Source: Parachlamydiales bacterium (GTDB lineage Bacteria > Chlamydiota > Chlamydiia > Chlamydiales > Rhabdochlamydiaceae). From it: 64,000 nt of DNA. The notes beneath the pieces were generated by a model that saw only the letters and a program-made list of their open reading frames with translations, had not been told where the DNA came from and ran no database searches. Made by a program: the position numbers and the translations under genes. The stretch spans positions 1,728,001 to 1,792,000 of the forward strand of contig OY970065.1 of the NCBI GenBank assembly GCA_963705295.1, given 5' to 3'. The first letter of the stretch is position 1; every line of letters begins with the position of its first letter. Positions 38,680-49,158 of this stretch are shown here, piece after piece.

Positions 38680-39227
38680 TTATCTTTCTACTTCTTGAGG
38701 CACTTGTTCCACTTGCCAGAATTCCAGATCATCGACCCGGGTTTCTCGTCCAAAAATCGAAACCAAAACGCTGAGTCTTCCCTTATCGTGGAAGACTTCT
38801 TGGACAGTTCCGATGAAGTTAACAAACACACCATCGATAATTTTAACTTTGTCGCCGGTATCAATATTATGTTTCTGAACAACGCCTTGTTTTCTTCTCT
38901 TCGAGATCTGTCAAAATCGCATCGACTTCGTGCTGAGGCAAGGGCATCGGTTTTTCTCCACCGAGAAAATCGATCACGCCGTTCGTGTTCTTCACATACA
39001 TCCATGAATCATCGGTCAGATTCCATCTTCACCAGGATATAACCTGGCCACAGACTTTTTTCACTGATACGTTGTTCACCCCGTTTCACTTCAGCGACAT
39101 TTTCTGTGGGAACGAGGACTTCTGAAATGAGCTCGGCCATCCCTTTCGACTTCGCGATTTTCTTCGAGAGCTTTTTTAACTCTTTTTTCCTGACTTGAAA
39201 TACCTGTACGACATACCACTTATGCAT
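38680..39227 (-). CDS. nusG: Transcription termination/antitermination factor NusG (frameshifted)
   Basis: MHKWYVVQV, LVPTENVAEVK, WPGYILVKM. Confidence 0.9.
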
Positions 39228-39232
39228 GTTTT

Positions 39233-39503
39233 TCACCCAAAAATTAGGTGCACAACGACACCAATAACCATTTAAAATCGCCTTGAATCGACTAGATCTA
39301 CACCATAGATTCCAAATCCAAAAAGGAACGTCGCATCCTACGACAATCTTTGTAAAAAGTATGAGTTCTTCTCTTCGTCGTCCAGGTAACTTTCTTAAGC
39401 TCTGCTTTGAGTTCTTGCACATATCCGATGCTTTCTTGCGAAGGCTTAGTCTCGGTTTGCAGACGCACTGAGCTGTTACCTGGTTCCACTTGTAACATCC
39501 CAT
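39233..39503 (-). CDS. secE: Preprotein translocase SecE (frameshifted)
   Basis: ELKAELKKVTWT; position between tRNA-Trp and nusG; ends approximate. Confidence 0.85.
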
Positions 39504-39529
39504 CGCATATTCCTACCTCTTTAATTTAT

Positions 39530-39602
39530 CGAGTGCGGAGGGATTCGAACCCCCGACCGGCGACTTTGGAGACCGCTGCTCTACCAGCTGAGCTACACAC
39601 CC
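39530..39602 (-). tRNA. tRNA-Trp (CCA)
   Basis: GGGTGTGTAGCTCAGCTGGTAGAGCAGCGGTCTCCAAAGTCGCCGGTCGGGGGTTCGAATCCCTCCGCACTCG. Confidence 0.95.
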
Positions 39603-39659
39603 ACAAAAGCAAGACATAAGCTCCAGGCTTGCAACCGCAGCTCACTCTCCTAACAATCT

Positions 39660-40843
39660 TTACTTGATGAATTTCAGAAACGTTCCGGCACCGATCGTAC
39701 GTGCCGCCTTCGCGGATCGCAAAGCGCATCCTTCTTCCATCGCGATCGGAGCGATCAGTTCAGCTGTAATTTCAACGTTATCGCCAGGCATCACCATCTC
39801 AGTCCCTGCTGGAAGTTCGACAGTTCCTGTCACGTCGGTCGTACGGAAGTAGAACTGTGGACGGTATCCGGTGAAGAATGGCTTATGACGTCCACCTTCT
39901 TCTTTTGTCAGAACGTAGACAGGCCCTTTGAATTTCGTATGAGGTGTGCAAGTACCAGGAGCAGCAAGCACCATTCCGCGCTCGACATCTTCTTTCTCAA
40001 ACCGCGAAGGAGGATACCAACGTTTTCACCAGCACGCGCTTCGTCGAGGGTCTTGTTGAACATTTCAAGACCTGTCGCAACAGTTTCACGTGTTTCGCGG
40101 AGACCGACGAGTTGAAGCTTATCGTTAACTTTAACAATTCCTCGCTCGACACGTCCTGTAGCTACAGTTCCGCGGCCGGAGATGGAGAACACGTCTTCGA
40201 TAGGCATCAGGAAAGGCTTATCGATTTCGCGTGCTGGAGTTGGGATCTTCTCATCGACAGTTTTCATCAGTTTGTCGATGCTTTCACATACTTTGGATCG
40301 CCTTCAAGAGCTTTCAGAGCAGAACCTCGGATGATCGGAGCATTTTTATACCCTTTGATTCGAGAAGTTCATGCAGTTCCATTTCGACGAGGTCGACAAG
40401 TTCTTCGTCGCCTTCGCCAAGCATGTCCATCTTGTTGAGGAACACGACGATCGCAGGAACCTGCATCTTGGCGAGCAAGAAGGATGTGTTCTCGTGTTTG
40501 AGGCATCGCACCGTCTGTTGCAGCGACAACGAGGATAGCGCCGTCCATCTGAGCAGCACCTGTGATCATGTTTTTGACATAGTCGGCGTGGCCTGGGCAG
40601 TCGACGTGTGCATAGTGGCGTTTATCTGTTTCATATTCAACGTGAGTAGAGTTAATCGTAATACCGCGCGCTTTTTCTTCAGGTGTATTATCGATAGAAG
40701 CATAATCTCGAAATTTTGCTCCGCCTTTTTCTGCTAAAACTTTTGTAATTGCAGCTGTTAATGTGGTTTTACCATGGTCAACGTGACCAATGGTTCCGAT
40801 GTTGACGTGTGGCTTTGTTCCTTTGAAATGTTTCTTTTGCCAT
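39660..40843 (-). CDS. tuf: Elongation factor Tu (frameshifted)
   Basis: [49 protein letters not shown]. Confidence 0.96.
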
Positions 40844-40889
40844 TTTAACTTCCTCCGTTAGGCTCCAGTATTTATTTAATTTTAACTTC

Positions 40890-40961
40890 TGCCCAGAATA
40901 GGAATTGAACCTACGACCGCTTGCTTACCATGCAAGTGCTCTACCACTGAGCTATCTGGGC
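40890..40961 (-). tRNA. tRNA-Thr (GGT)
   Basis: GCCCAGATAGCTCAGTGGTAGAGCACTTGCATGGTAAGCAAGCGGTCGTAGGTTCAATTCCTATTCTGGGCA. Confidence 0.96.
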
Positions 40962-41076
40962 CTAAACAAGGAAAAAAGGGTACTTTTTGCTGGGGCCCAA
41001 TCCTTTTTTTTCATGTAAAGGCCACAAGCATACAAGGATGTACAAATATATTCAAGAGTTAATTTTAAAGAAATTT

Positions 41077-41298
41077 CTACCGACTTTTTCGGTAAACGAT
41101 GCGCGCTTTCGTCAAATCATAAGGTGACATTTCGACCGTCACTGTATCCCCTGTCATGACCCTAATATTCCGCATCCTCATCTTCCCACTCAAGTGAGCT
41201 ATGACCCGCATGTCATTTTGAAGCACCACCCGAAAGTGCATGTTCGGAAGAACCTCTTCTACACTACCATCAATCGTAATCGTGTCTTCTTTCGGCAT
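41077..41298 (-). CDS. infA: Translation initiation factor IF-1
   Basis: [31 protein letters not shown]; intact. Confidence 0.97.
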   Translation of the reverse strand: MPKEDTITIDGSVEEVLPNMHFRVVLQNDMRVIAHLSGKMRMRNIRVMTGDTVTVEMSPYDLTKARIVYRKSR

Positions 41299-41354
41299 AA
41301 AGAAAAATATCTTATCAGAGACTCAAATATACGAAAAGCTGCATTTAAGATATT

Positions 41355-41783
41355 ATGGGTTATGTGAGCTTTGAATCGTGCTTAGAAAAACAAGAGGAAC
41401 TGAGAAGAATTTTTTCAATTTGCTCCACTCCAGAGGCAAAATATCAAAAAATTATTGAGCTTGGACGGCAGCTCCCCCCTCTCCATCCCAGCTCCAAAAT
41501 TCCCGAGAATCTCGTTCCCGGTTGTCAAAGCACGATGTACCTCGAAGTCTCCCTTCAAAACGGCAAGCTCTTCCTCAATGCCGACTCCGAAGCCCTCATC
41601 TCTAAAGGACTCGCTGCCCTCCTTATTAAGATCTATTCCGGCGAAACTCCCCAAACCTGCTCGGAATGCCCACCCACCGTCCTACGAGAGATGGGACTCC
41701 ATGACATTCTTTCCCCTACCCGCTCCAATGGCCTATCAAGTCTTTATCATAAACTTCGAAGCGAAGCCCTTAAACATTTTTGA
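41355..41783 (+). CDS. sufE: SufE family protein
   Basis: YQKIIELGRQLP, VPGCQS, ADSEALISKGL, LSPTRSNGL. Confidence 0.92.
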   Translation: MGYVSFESCLEKQEELRRIFSICSTPEAKYQKIIELGRQLPPLHPSSKIPENLVPGCQSTMYLEVSLQNGKLFLNADSEALISKGLAALLIKIYSGETPQTCSECPPTVLREMGLHDILSPTRSNGLSSLYHKLRSEALKHF

Positions 41784-41793
41784 TGATCACTTG

Positions 41794-42654
41794 TTAATTT
41801 TCTGGGCACCCATTTTCTCTCGCCCATTTCAAGACTCCTAAATGCCCGCCTATAGCTGCATGGGCATAGGTCGATTCATCCCAAGGACAACCATTTGCTC
41901 TCGCCCATAGCAAAACGGCTAAATGCCCGCCTTCAGCAGCAAAGGTACAGGTCCTTTCATCCCAAGGACAACCCCTTTTTCTCGCCCATTGCAAGACCTC
42001 TAAATGCCCATGTTTAGCGGCTAAGGCACAGGTCAAACGACTCCACGGACAATCCTTTTCTCTCGCCCATTGCAAAACGGCTAAATGCCCGCCTTGAGCT
42101 ACATAAGCACAGGTCCATGCATCCCAAGGGCAACCATTTTCTCTCGCCCATTTCAAGACTTCTAAATGCCCGCCTTGAGCTGCCTTCGCACAGGTCAATT
42201 CATTCCAAGGACAATCCTTTCCTCTCGCCCATTTCAAGACCTCTAAATGCCCGCTTTGAGCTGCCAAGGCACAGGTCGATGCATCCCAAGGGCAATCATT
42301 TGCTCTGAGTATTGTCAAAAGCACTAAGTGGCCTCCCCTTGCAGCACCTCTGCATGTATTCGCATCCCAGCACGCTTTTTCACCGCGACCCATCACATTT
42401 GCCCGGCGAGCCCACACTAAGAATGAATACGACCCCAGCTCCGCTGCTTTCTCACAAAACTCAGATCGGCTTTTAAAGGGAATAACACGATTTTTCAAAC
42501 TTGCGCAATGAACGCGGAAACGATAACAAGTGGCTCGTGCTGCTACAAGCGACACAGCATCCAGGTTGGAAAGAACGAGTTCAAGTATCTCACTTGGGAT
42601 ATTATGAATGGATGCCGGAGGACTCTTTGGTAATAAATTTACATTTGCAGCCAT
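41794..42654 (-). CDS. F-box protein with 25-aa ankyrin-like repeats
   Basis: IPSEILELVLSNL...ATCYRF F-box; repeats CPWDxxTCAxAAxxGHLEVLKWARENG. Confidence 0.88.
   Translation of the reverse strand: MAANVNLLPKSPPASIHNIPSEILELVLSNLDAVSLVAARATCYRFRVHCASLKNRVIPFKSRSEFCEKAAELGSYSFLVWARRANVMGRGEKACWDANTCRGAARGGHLVLLTILRANDCPWDASTCALAAQSGHLEVLKWARGKDCPWNELTCAKAAQGGHLEVLKWARENGCPWDAWTCAYVAQGGHLAVLQWAREKDCPWSRLTCALAAKHGHLEVLQWARKRGCPWDERTCTFAAEGGHLAVLLWARANGCPWDESTYAHAAIGGHLGVLKWARENGCPEN
41810..42330. repeat. 75-bp coding tandem repeat, about 6-7 units
   Basis: Recurring tctcgcccatt..aagac..ctaaatgcccgc and cccaagg.caa at 75-nt spacing. Confidence 0.85.
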
Positions 42655-42803
42655 AGTTCAATTATTTTATACTATCTTTACATTTATTTAAAGAACCTAT
42701 TTATAAGAACATATCTATCTTAAAGTCAAAAACTTAATCGAATGCCTTACTACAATTAGTTTGTCAATTGTAATGAATTAATTTTTAAATTATAATAATT
42801 TCT

Positions 42804-44300
42804 ATGATTAATTGTTCTCCTTTATTAGCTATGCCTTCAGAGATGATTTTAGCTATATCCCGTTGTTTGGATGATAAATCCAAATATTTGTTAACTTTCG
42901 TATGCAGCCGATTCACTCTGATATTAAGAGATAAAATTAGAACCCTCAACATCCCTCCAGAAACAAAACCCTCTCATCTTGAGGGACTTGCAAAGCGAGT
43001 GGGTCTCATTACAAAAATAACAGCCCAAAATCTATCTTGCGGAGCCGCCACACGGTTCCTGAAAAATTTTCCAGCTTTGGAAATTTTAAGTCTTCCAGGT
43101 CTCACGGGCAGTGAAGAAGAAAGGGATCTTGCCCAAACTTTAGCAACACTCCGTTCTTTAAGAGTTCTCGAAATTACCTCTTCTTCTGTTACAGGAAAAT
43201 GTATACCACCTGAACTTGGCTCTAAAAGTTTAATTCTGGTGGATTGTAAAAAGATCACTCATCTGGATGTTCCAGAAGCTGTTAGCCATCTCGATGTCTC
43301 CGATTCAGTGGGTTTAACAACAATCGCAGGGCTAGCTCATGTTTCTCTGCTCCGTTCAGAGGGAGTCGAGCTATCTTTAAAAGGATATCAAGGAAAAGTC
43401 TACATTGCCAATTCGTTATTGTTTAATCCCGAGTCTGAAAAATTGAGCTTATTAGAAAGCGGAGCCAATATCAATGCAGCAAACCAAAATGGAGCAACTA
43501 TTTTGCATTCGGCGATTTCCCAAAAAGAGTCGAAGTCCGCCGCTTTTTTGATCCATCAGGGAGCCAATCCAAATGCACAGACTCATCAGGGATTTAGTGC
43601 ATTAAGCTTTGCGATTCATATGCGAGATTTTGAGACCGCCTTTCTCCTCCTTGAAAAGGGAGCCGTTCCAAATTCTCAGAAGAAGGAGGGAGAATACCTT
43701 TTAATTGGGGCCCTCGAGCGAGAAAATTATAAAACAGCAGAACTTCTCCTAAAAAGAGGGATCGATCCAAACACAGCCCTGGATCGTTACGGCAATCCCG
43801 CTTTATTTCTTGCCTTGCCCAATAAAGACATGGCCCGTCTTGTCTTGAGTTATGGTGCAAATCCCAACATTCAGTACTTAAAAGAAGGGCGAAGCAACTA
43901 TCTTCGATGTACGGTTGGAAATACTCCCCTCCATTTTGCTGTTGAAAATGAAGGGAAAGAAGATCTCGCAGCTGTTCTTTTGGAGTACGGAGCCGATGTC
44001 AATGCTGAAAATGTCGATGGAGAAACCCCTCTTTATTGGGCGGTACGGTCTGGAACAGAACTATCGATGGCTATTCTCCTGAATCATGGAGCCGATCCTA
44101 ATAAAGCAAGTCGAGAAGGAACCCCGATAAATCGGGCCATTTTGACAAATAATGATCAAAAAGCAGCTCTTCTTTTAGAATGGGGAGCTAATCCCTTCCT
44201 CCTCGATCATGGGAAAAACTCTTTTGAGTTCGCAGAAAAATGGCACTGCTTCCGCTGCTTAGATCTATTTTATAATTTTCATAAAAAAAGGGAAGAATGA
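42804..44300 (+). CDS. F-box + LRR + ankyrin protein, paralog of 21065-22402
   Basis: LAMPSEMILAISRCL...VCSRF; ITAQNLSC and SSVTGKCI match ITATDLSC and STVTGICI; GNTPLHFAV, GETPLYWAV. Confidence 0.88.
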   Translation: MINCSPLLAMPSEMILAISRCLDDKSKYLLTFVCSRFTLILRDKIRTLNIPPETKPSHLEGLAKRVGLITKITAQNLSCGAATRFLKNFPALEILSLPGLTGSEEERDLAQTLATLRSLRVLEITSSSVTGKCIPPELGSKSLILVDCKKITHLDVPEAVSHLDVSDSVGLTTIAGLAHVSLLRSEGVELSLKGYQGKVYIANSLLFNPESEKLSLLESGANINAANQNGATILHSAISQKESKSAAFLIHQGANPNAQTHQGFSALSFAIHMRDFETAFLLLEKGAVPNSQKKEGEYLLIGALERENYKTAELLLKRGIDPNTALDRYGNPALFLALPNKDMARLVLSYGANPNIQYLKEGRSNYLRCTVGNTPLHFAVENEGKEDLAAVLLEYGADVNAENVDGETPLYWAVRSGTELSMAILLNHGADPNKASREGTPINRAILTNNDQKAALLLEWGANPFLLDHGKNSFEFAEKWHCFRCLDLFYNFHKKREE

Positions 44301-45722
44301 CACCGATACAATCGATCCGAAATTATTTAAGTCCTGTCGGTTTAATGCGGGCTACCCCTGTCTACAATGAAGAAGGATTTCGAGAATTAACCCGGAGGCT
44401 TCGACCTGGGGAACAAGCTCTCTTACAGGAAGAATTAGCGCGTGTAAAGCACGGGCAGGTTGCATCGCTAGTTAGAGCTGTCAGAGAGGGGAACTGGAGA
44501 GCGGCTGTCTTTAAAGAGAGGAATTATCCTCACATCGCCTTAAAGGCGTATCAAATGAATAGTATTACCGTAGAGCAATTTGCCACCATTATGTTCTATT
44601 GGGTCAATTTTACAAAAGTTGAGAAAGAACCAAAAATTGTTCCTCTTTTTTTAGAGGGCGGCGTGGTAAATCCTGAGGCAAGACGACTCGTCCGACAAAC
44701 GTTGATTTTAAGACGGATTACCGACTCAGATATGTCCCGTGTCTATGCTCAATCCCCTGAAACTCCTGTTTTAACAGAAGAGCAGATCGATGCTCTATTC
44801 AAAAAAATAGGGGAGGAACATCCCCCTTCCGCACACTACCTTTTCCTAAAAGAAAGAGAAGAGACTCCTGATCTCATCGCGAGAATTCAACAACTAGGGT
44901 TCAATATTCTCTATGAAACGGGTGACGGTGCCATTATTCCTCCTCTAGAACTGGTCAATACTTATTTGCAGATCAAATATGGACCAAATGCTTTAAGGGC
45001 AAAACCTGTTCTGGGTTTATCCACCCCTAAAGATATTGAGGAGAGTCTTGCTGAGGGACTGAGAGATTTAGGCCTCCATTTTCCTGGAACTTCCCTTCCA
45101 CCCTTGGTCGATGGTTACGGAGCACCTGATTATGCATTCACCTGGCACGATATTTACCATCTCCTCTTGATCTCTGCCTTGCTTAAGAAATATCAGGAAT
45201 TGTTTTTGAAAATCGGACGTTTTGCTAAAGAGTATTTCGAAAAAACAAACCTTTCCTTTGCCAACAAATTTTATGAGTACATCATTGATATGGAATTTCC
45301 CGTAGCTCAAGACGACCTTTTCAACCGGCTCTTCGAGAACATTCCACCCGATCAGAAAATGAACCACATCTTCTGGGAAGCGATCCGGACAAGCTTCCTT
45401 CGAGCCCATGCTTCTCTTCTCAATCCCTTGGTTGCTGCATTGATTCCTTATAGTATGGTCCTCGTGGGTCCTGAAGAAAAACTGTTCATCGAGGCGGTTT
45501 TGAACTTTATCCCTATGGATGACGATTATCGCCTGGGCCGCAAAAAAAGAGATGGAGGATCTCGATCGGGATCTTGATCGGCAGATCGAAGAGTTCACCC
45601 GCCAATACGAGCAAGCCCCTCCAACGACTTTTGACAGGCGGCTTGTTTATCAAGCCATGAAACAAGCCCATATTTTCCGTATCATCCACGATACATGGGC
45701 AAGTAGATATTTGGCCAGATAG
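44297..45722 (+). CDS. HDxxH-family paralog 1 (one-base frameshift in A7 tract at ~45542)
   Basis: NEEGFRELTRRL, WHDIYH, IDMEF; C-terminus continues in ORF 45519-45722, which aligns to paralog 4. Confidence 0.8.
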
Positions 45723-45747
45723 CCTGATTTTTTTACCTATCTGGCCA
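45712..45747. terminator. Hairpin at end of paralog 1
   Basis: tggccagatag ... ctatctggcca, 11-bp perfect inverted repeat; no clear U tract after it. Confidence 0.4.
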
Positions 45748-45750
45748 TAA

Positions 45751-46653
45751 ATGATTGAATTTTCCCTTAAGGAGACAAAGGAATTTCTCGGGAAGCGGTC
45801 AAATCGCGAAATCATGGATGCCTACCTTACGGTTGGCGGTATTCCAGAATACCTCAAGCGCCTGAAAAAGCATTCTTCCATCCAGATTGGCATTTGCGAA
45901 GAAAGCTTTAAGAAAGACAGCTATTTTAGCAATGAAAAGAGGCATATTTTTATTAGCAGTTTCGCCTCAAACGTCCACTATGAAGAGATTGTCAATTTTT
46001 TAAGCCAGGTCAAATTCGCAAACAAATTGGATATTGAAAAACATCTCCGCGTAAAAGGAGGCGGGACGTTAAAAGATGTCTTAAATGACCTTGAGCAGTG
46101 CGGTTTTATTGAGCGCTATGTGCCCTACCAGCTAGACAACAATAGCAATTTGGTTCGGTATTGCATAGCAGACAGCTATTTGCGGTTTTATTTTAAGTTC
46201 ATTGCCCCCCTTTCTGATCGCATACAGCAGGCCGATTTCAATCGAACGCCGCTATATGCCTTAAACAAAGAATCGTATCAAAAATGGCTTGGTTTTTCAT
46301 TTGAACGGTTTTGCAGAAAAAACAGTCAGCTCATTGCCTCCATCATAGGTTTTTCCGCTGTACGCAGTGGAGCATTCTTCAATCGAACGAGCATAAAAGA
46401 GCAGCCTGGATATCAGATCGACCTTTTTTTTGACCGCGCCGATCATGTTCTCACGATTTGTGAAATTAAATACACGATAGCAAAGACTGGGGTTGAAGTG
46501 ATCGAGGAATTTGAAAAAAAATTGCGCCTATTGACCGACGTCGCCGGCAAAACAATTGAGAAGGTATTGATATCTGCAAGTGGTGTAACCGATGGCTTAA
46601 TTTCCCAAAGCTATTTTGATCGCATCATCACATTAAATGATATCTTCTTATGA
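45751..46653 (+). pseudogene. 5'-truncated archaeal-type ATPase / PD-(D/E)xK (DUF234/DUF4143-like) protein
   Basis: GGIPEYL, IADSYLRFYF, GFSFERFC, QIDL...ICEIKY present; no Walker A/B. Confidence 0.7.
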
Positions 46654-46659
46654 GGCAGT

Positions 46660-47667
46660 TTATTTTAATCCGTAGAGAGATCCGTAGAACAAATTTGATA
46701 TCATGGATACGGTAAAGAGCAATCCTAAACAAATGGCCAGCGAATGATTGCAAAACGTCCGCTTTTTTTCTATCTTGCGTATTGAATCGTGGATCTCTTC
46801 GAAACCGTTTAAAAGAAAACGATTTAACCGCTTTAATGAAGAGGAGTCCATTTGGGCTAAATACCGATATCTGGAAGCGGCATCGGGTAGGGTTTGGTAC
46901 GCTTGCAGATGATAGTCCCTAAACCGGACATCGAGATGAAAAACTACTTGAGAGGCCAGGCCGAGCATAGTCTGGGCGAGATAGAACGTCGTACTGTAAG
47001 CCAAAGCTTGAGTTTTAGGATGGTCCGGATAAAGCTCCATATCTTGAAACATCGACGTCAAGTAGTCTTCCCTTGCGCGCAAAACTTCAGCTAAATCAAA
47101 ATTGAAATCAACGAATTGTCCCAGCGCATTCAGATGGGGCATGAGCTGCTGATGAAAGTCGTTGATCAGCGCGACCATTTCCTCATTGGAACCTGGTGGG
47201 TTGTTATAAACATTGGAAAAAGTATCAAAAAGTTTTTGTAAATGCTGGACAAGAGCTTCCAAAGCTTCTCGATTCGGCCCGTTTTGCAAAGATGGCGCGA
47301 GTGACCTCATCCGCGCCTGTAAAAATCGATTGATCTGATCTAAACGGCTACCAATATAGTTTCCAAAAGGCTCCCGAGGGACAAGGATCGAATAGCCTAG
47401 GAGAGAAACTTTAGTACCGACCAAAGATGTCTTATCATAGGGACAAACTTTATGACGGAGATTTCTTAAACAATCTGCATGCATCGCATGACCGCATGAA
47501 AACGTAACTACCTGGCTTTTAAGTGTATAATCACCAAAGCAAAAAAAACATTTCTCAGATAAGTGTTTGACCCTCAATCCCTTAGCATTTTCATACGATC
47601 CAACCCAATTCTCAATGTTTTCAGTCCGCACAGCACATCGATTGAGAAGATGCGTTAGAGTTGCCAT
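46660..47667 (-). CDS. RING-H2 finger protein (candidate E3 ligase effector)
   Basis: Start reassigned to ATG 47667; CFFC-x14-CGHAMHADC-x8-CPYD; C-terminal TM. Confidence 0.8.
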   Translation of the reverse strand: MATLTHLLNRCAVRTENIENWVGSYENAKGLRVKHLSEKCFFCFGDYTLKSQVVTFSCGHAMHADCLRNLRHKVCPYDKTSLVGTKVSLLGYSILVPREPFGNYIGSRLDQINRFLQARMRSLAPSLQNGPNREALEALVQHLQKLFDTFSNVYNNPPGSNEEMVALINDFHQQLMPHLNALGQFVDFNFDLAEVLRAREDYLTSMFQDMELYPDHPKTQALAYSTTFYLAQTMLGLASQVVFHLDVRFRDYHLQAYQTLPDAASRYRYLAQMDSSSLKRLNRFLLNGFEEIHDSIRKIEKKRTFCNHSLAICLGLLFTVSMISNLFYGSLYGLK

Positions 47668-47748
47668 GCTATCTAATATACAGGAAAACGGTATTGTTAT
47701 AAACAATTTTTTATTGTATAATAACTTTATTAAAAAATAGGCAATAAT

Positions 47749-49155
47749 ATGGCAATTACACAAACTATACCGCATTCTTTTAGTGCTATAAATAAAGAAG
47801 ATGGTTTCACTGAACTCACGAAAAGGCTGCCGGCCGATGAGCTGGCGCGCCTGCATGAGGGATTGTCGCGTGTCACAGATCCTCAGGTCGATTCACTCGT
47901 CACGGCCATGAAAAGCATGAATTGGAAAGCCTCCGTCCTTCAAGAAGAAAATTGTCCTCATATTGCTTTAAAGGCGTATCAAATAATGAAAATTTCAAAA
48001 CTGCAATTCGCAACGGTGATGTTCTACTGGACTAATTTTACAGAGGAGCAAAAAGAGGCTCGCGTCATCCCTCTTTTTACGGAGACGGGTGGTGTCAATC
48101 CTGACGCACGCGAGCTCATCCGTCAGACACTTGTGATAAAAGAGACGCATTTAATCGGGAGAGACTATCGGTTAAAGAGTATGGCACCTGGAACCTCTTT
48201 TATGACCGAGCAGCAACTTGATACTTTAATTGAAGAGATGAGAAAATGCCCGGCTTCGGCACACTGCATTTTCCTTAAAGAAAAGGGGAAGCTGTCGGAG
48301 ATCGTTAGACGGATTCATCGGAATGGTTTCAATGTTTTTTATGAAACAGATCAAGGAATCATGGTTCCGACATGTGAGTTGGTACAAACGTATTTAAGGG
48401 TCAAATATGGAATCGACAGTTTCAATATCAATGTTGTCCTCGGTTGGTCGACTTTAAATCAAATCTATGAATCGCTCAAAAAGAGAGAAAGAGATTTGGT
48501 TCTCCGTTTTCCAGGCACAACAATTCCCCTGCTTGCCGATGGAGCGGAAGCGCGTGGCTTTTCCATCACATGGCACGATATTTTCCATCTTGCTCTCAAC
48601 TCAGGCGCTTCTGCACCATTTGTAGAATTCTGTTTAAAATTAGCAGATTTTTCTAAAGAGTACTTTGAAGCCCATCCTGAATGCAAGCTCGCTGAAAAGT
48701 TTCATGAAGCCGTCGTCGATATGGAACTGGTTTATCAGCAGAGAGAATATTATGATCAACTCTTAGGTGAAAATAATAGAGCGGTTTATTCTATCTGGGG
48801 AGGCGCACTTGCAACCAATCTATATAAAGCAAAAATATTGATGAAGGCTGACAGTTTGGCGACAACGTTAACAGAAAGGCGATTCCTGGAAGCCCTTGTC
48901 CAGGCTATTCCCCAGAATGAAGCTTATCGGTGCGGGCGGACAAAAGAAGCCGATGATATCGATGAAGAAATCGAAATGGCCTTGGCACGTTTAAAAATGC
49001 AACTTTTTTATTTTCCCTTTTTTTTCTTCGGCGGGCTTGCACAACTCGAAGATCTCAAACAGACCAACATCCACCGTGTGGTCAGTAATGCTTGGAAGAG
49101 AAGGCTCATGGATCGTGAAACCTCAGGAAATACACGGCGGATGGTCGGAGGATAA
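47749..49155 (+). CDS. HDxxH-family paralog 2
   Basis: GFTELTKRLPADEL, PHIALKAYQ, WHDIFH, VDMEL. Confidence 0.85.
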   Translation: MAITQTIPHSFSAINKEDGFTELTKRLPADELARLHEGLSRVTDPQVDSLVTAMKSMNWKASVLQEENCPHIALKAYQIMKISKLQFATVMFYWTNFTEEQKEARVIPLFTETGGVNPDARELIRQTLVIKETHLIGRDYRLKSMAPGTSFMTEQQLDTLIEEMRKCPASAHCIFLKEKGKLSEIVRRIHRNGFNVFYETDQGIMVPTCELVQTYLRVKYGIDSFNINVVLGWSTLNQIYESLKKRERDLVLRFPGTTIPLLADGAEARGFSITWHDIFHLALNSGASAPFVEFCLKLADFSKEYFEAHPECKLAEKFHEAVVDMELVYQQREYYDQLLGENNRAVYSIWGGALATNLYKAKILMKADSLATTLTERRFLEALVQAIPQNEAYRCGRTKEADDIDEEIEMALARLKMQLFYFPFFFFGGLAQLEDLKQTNIHRVVSNAWKRRLMDRETSGNTRRMVGG

Positions 49156-49158
49156 CGA

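Noticed and set aside
41810..42330. CRISPR-like array
   Set aside because: Units are 75-bp in-frame coding repeats without unique spacers; no cas genes.
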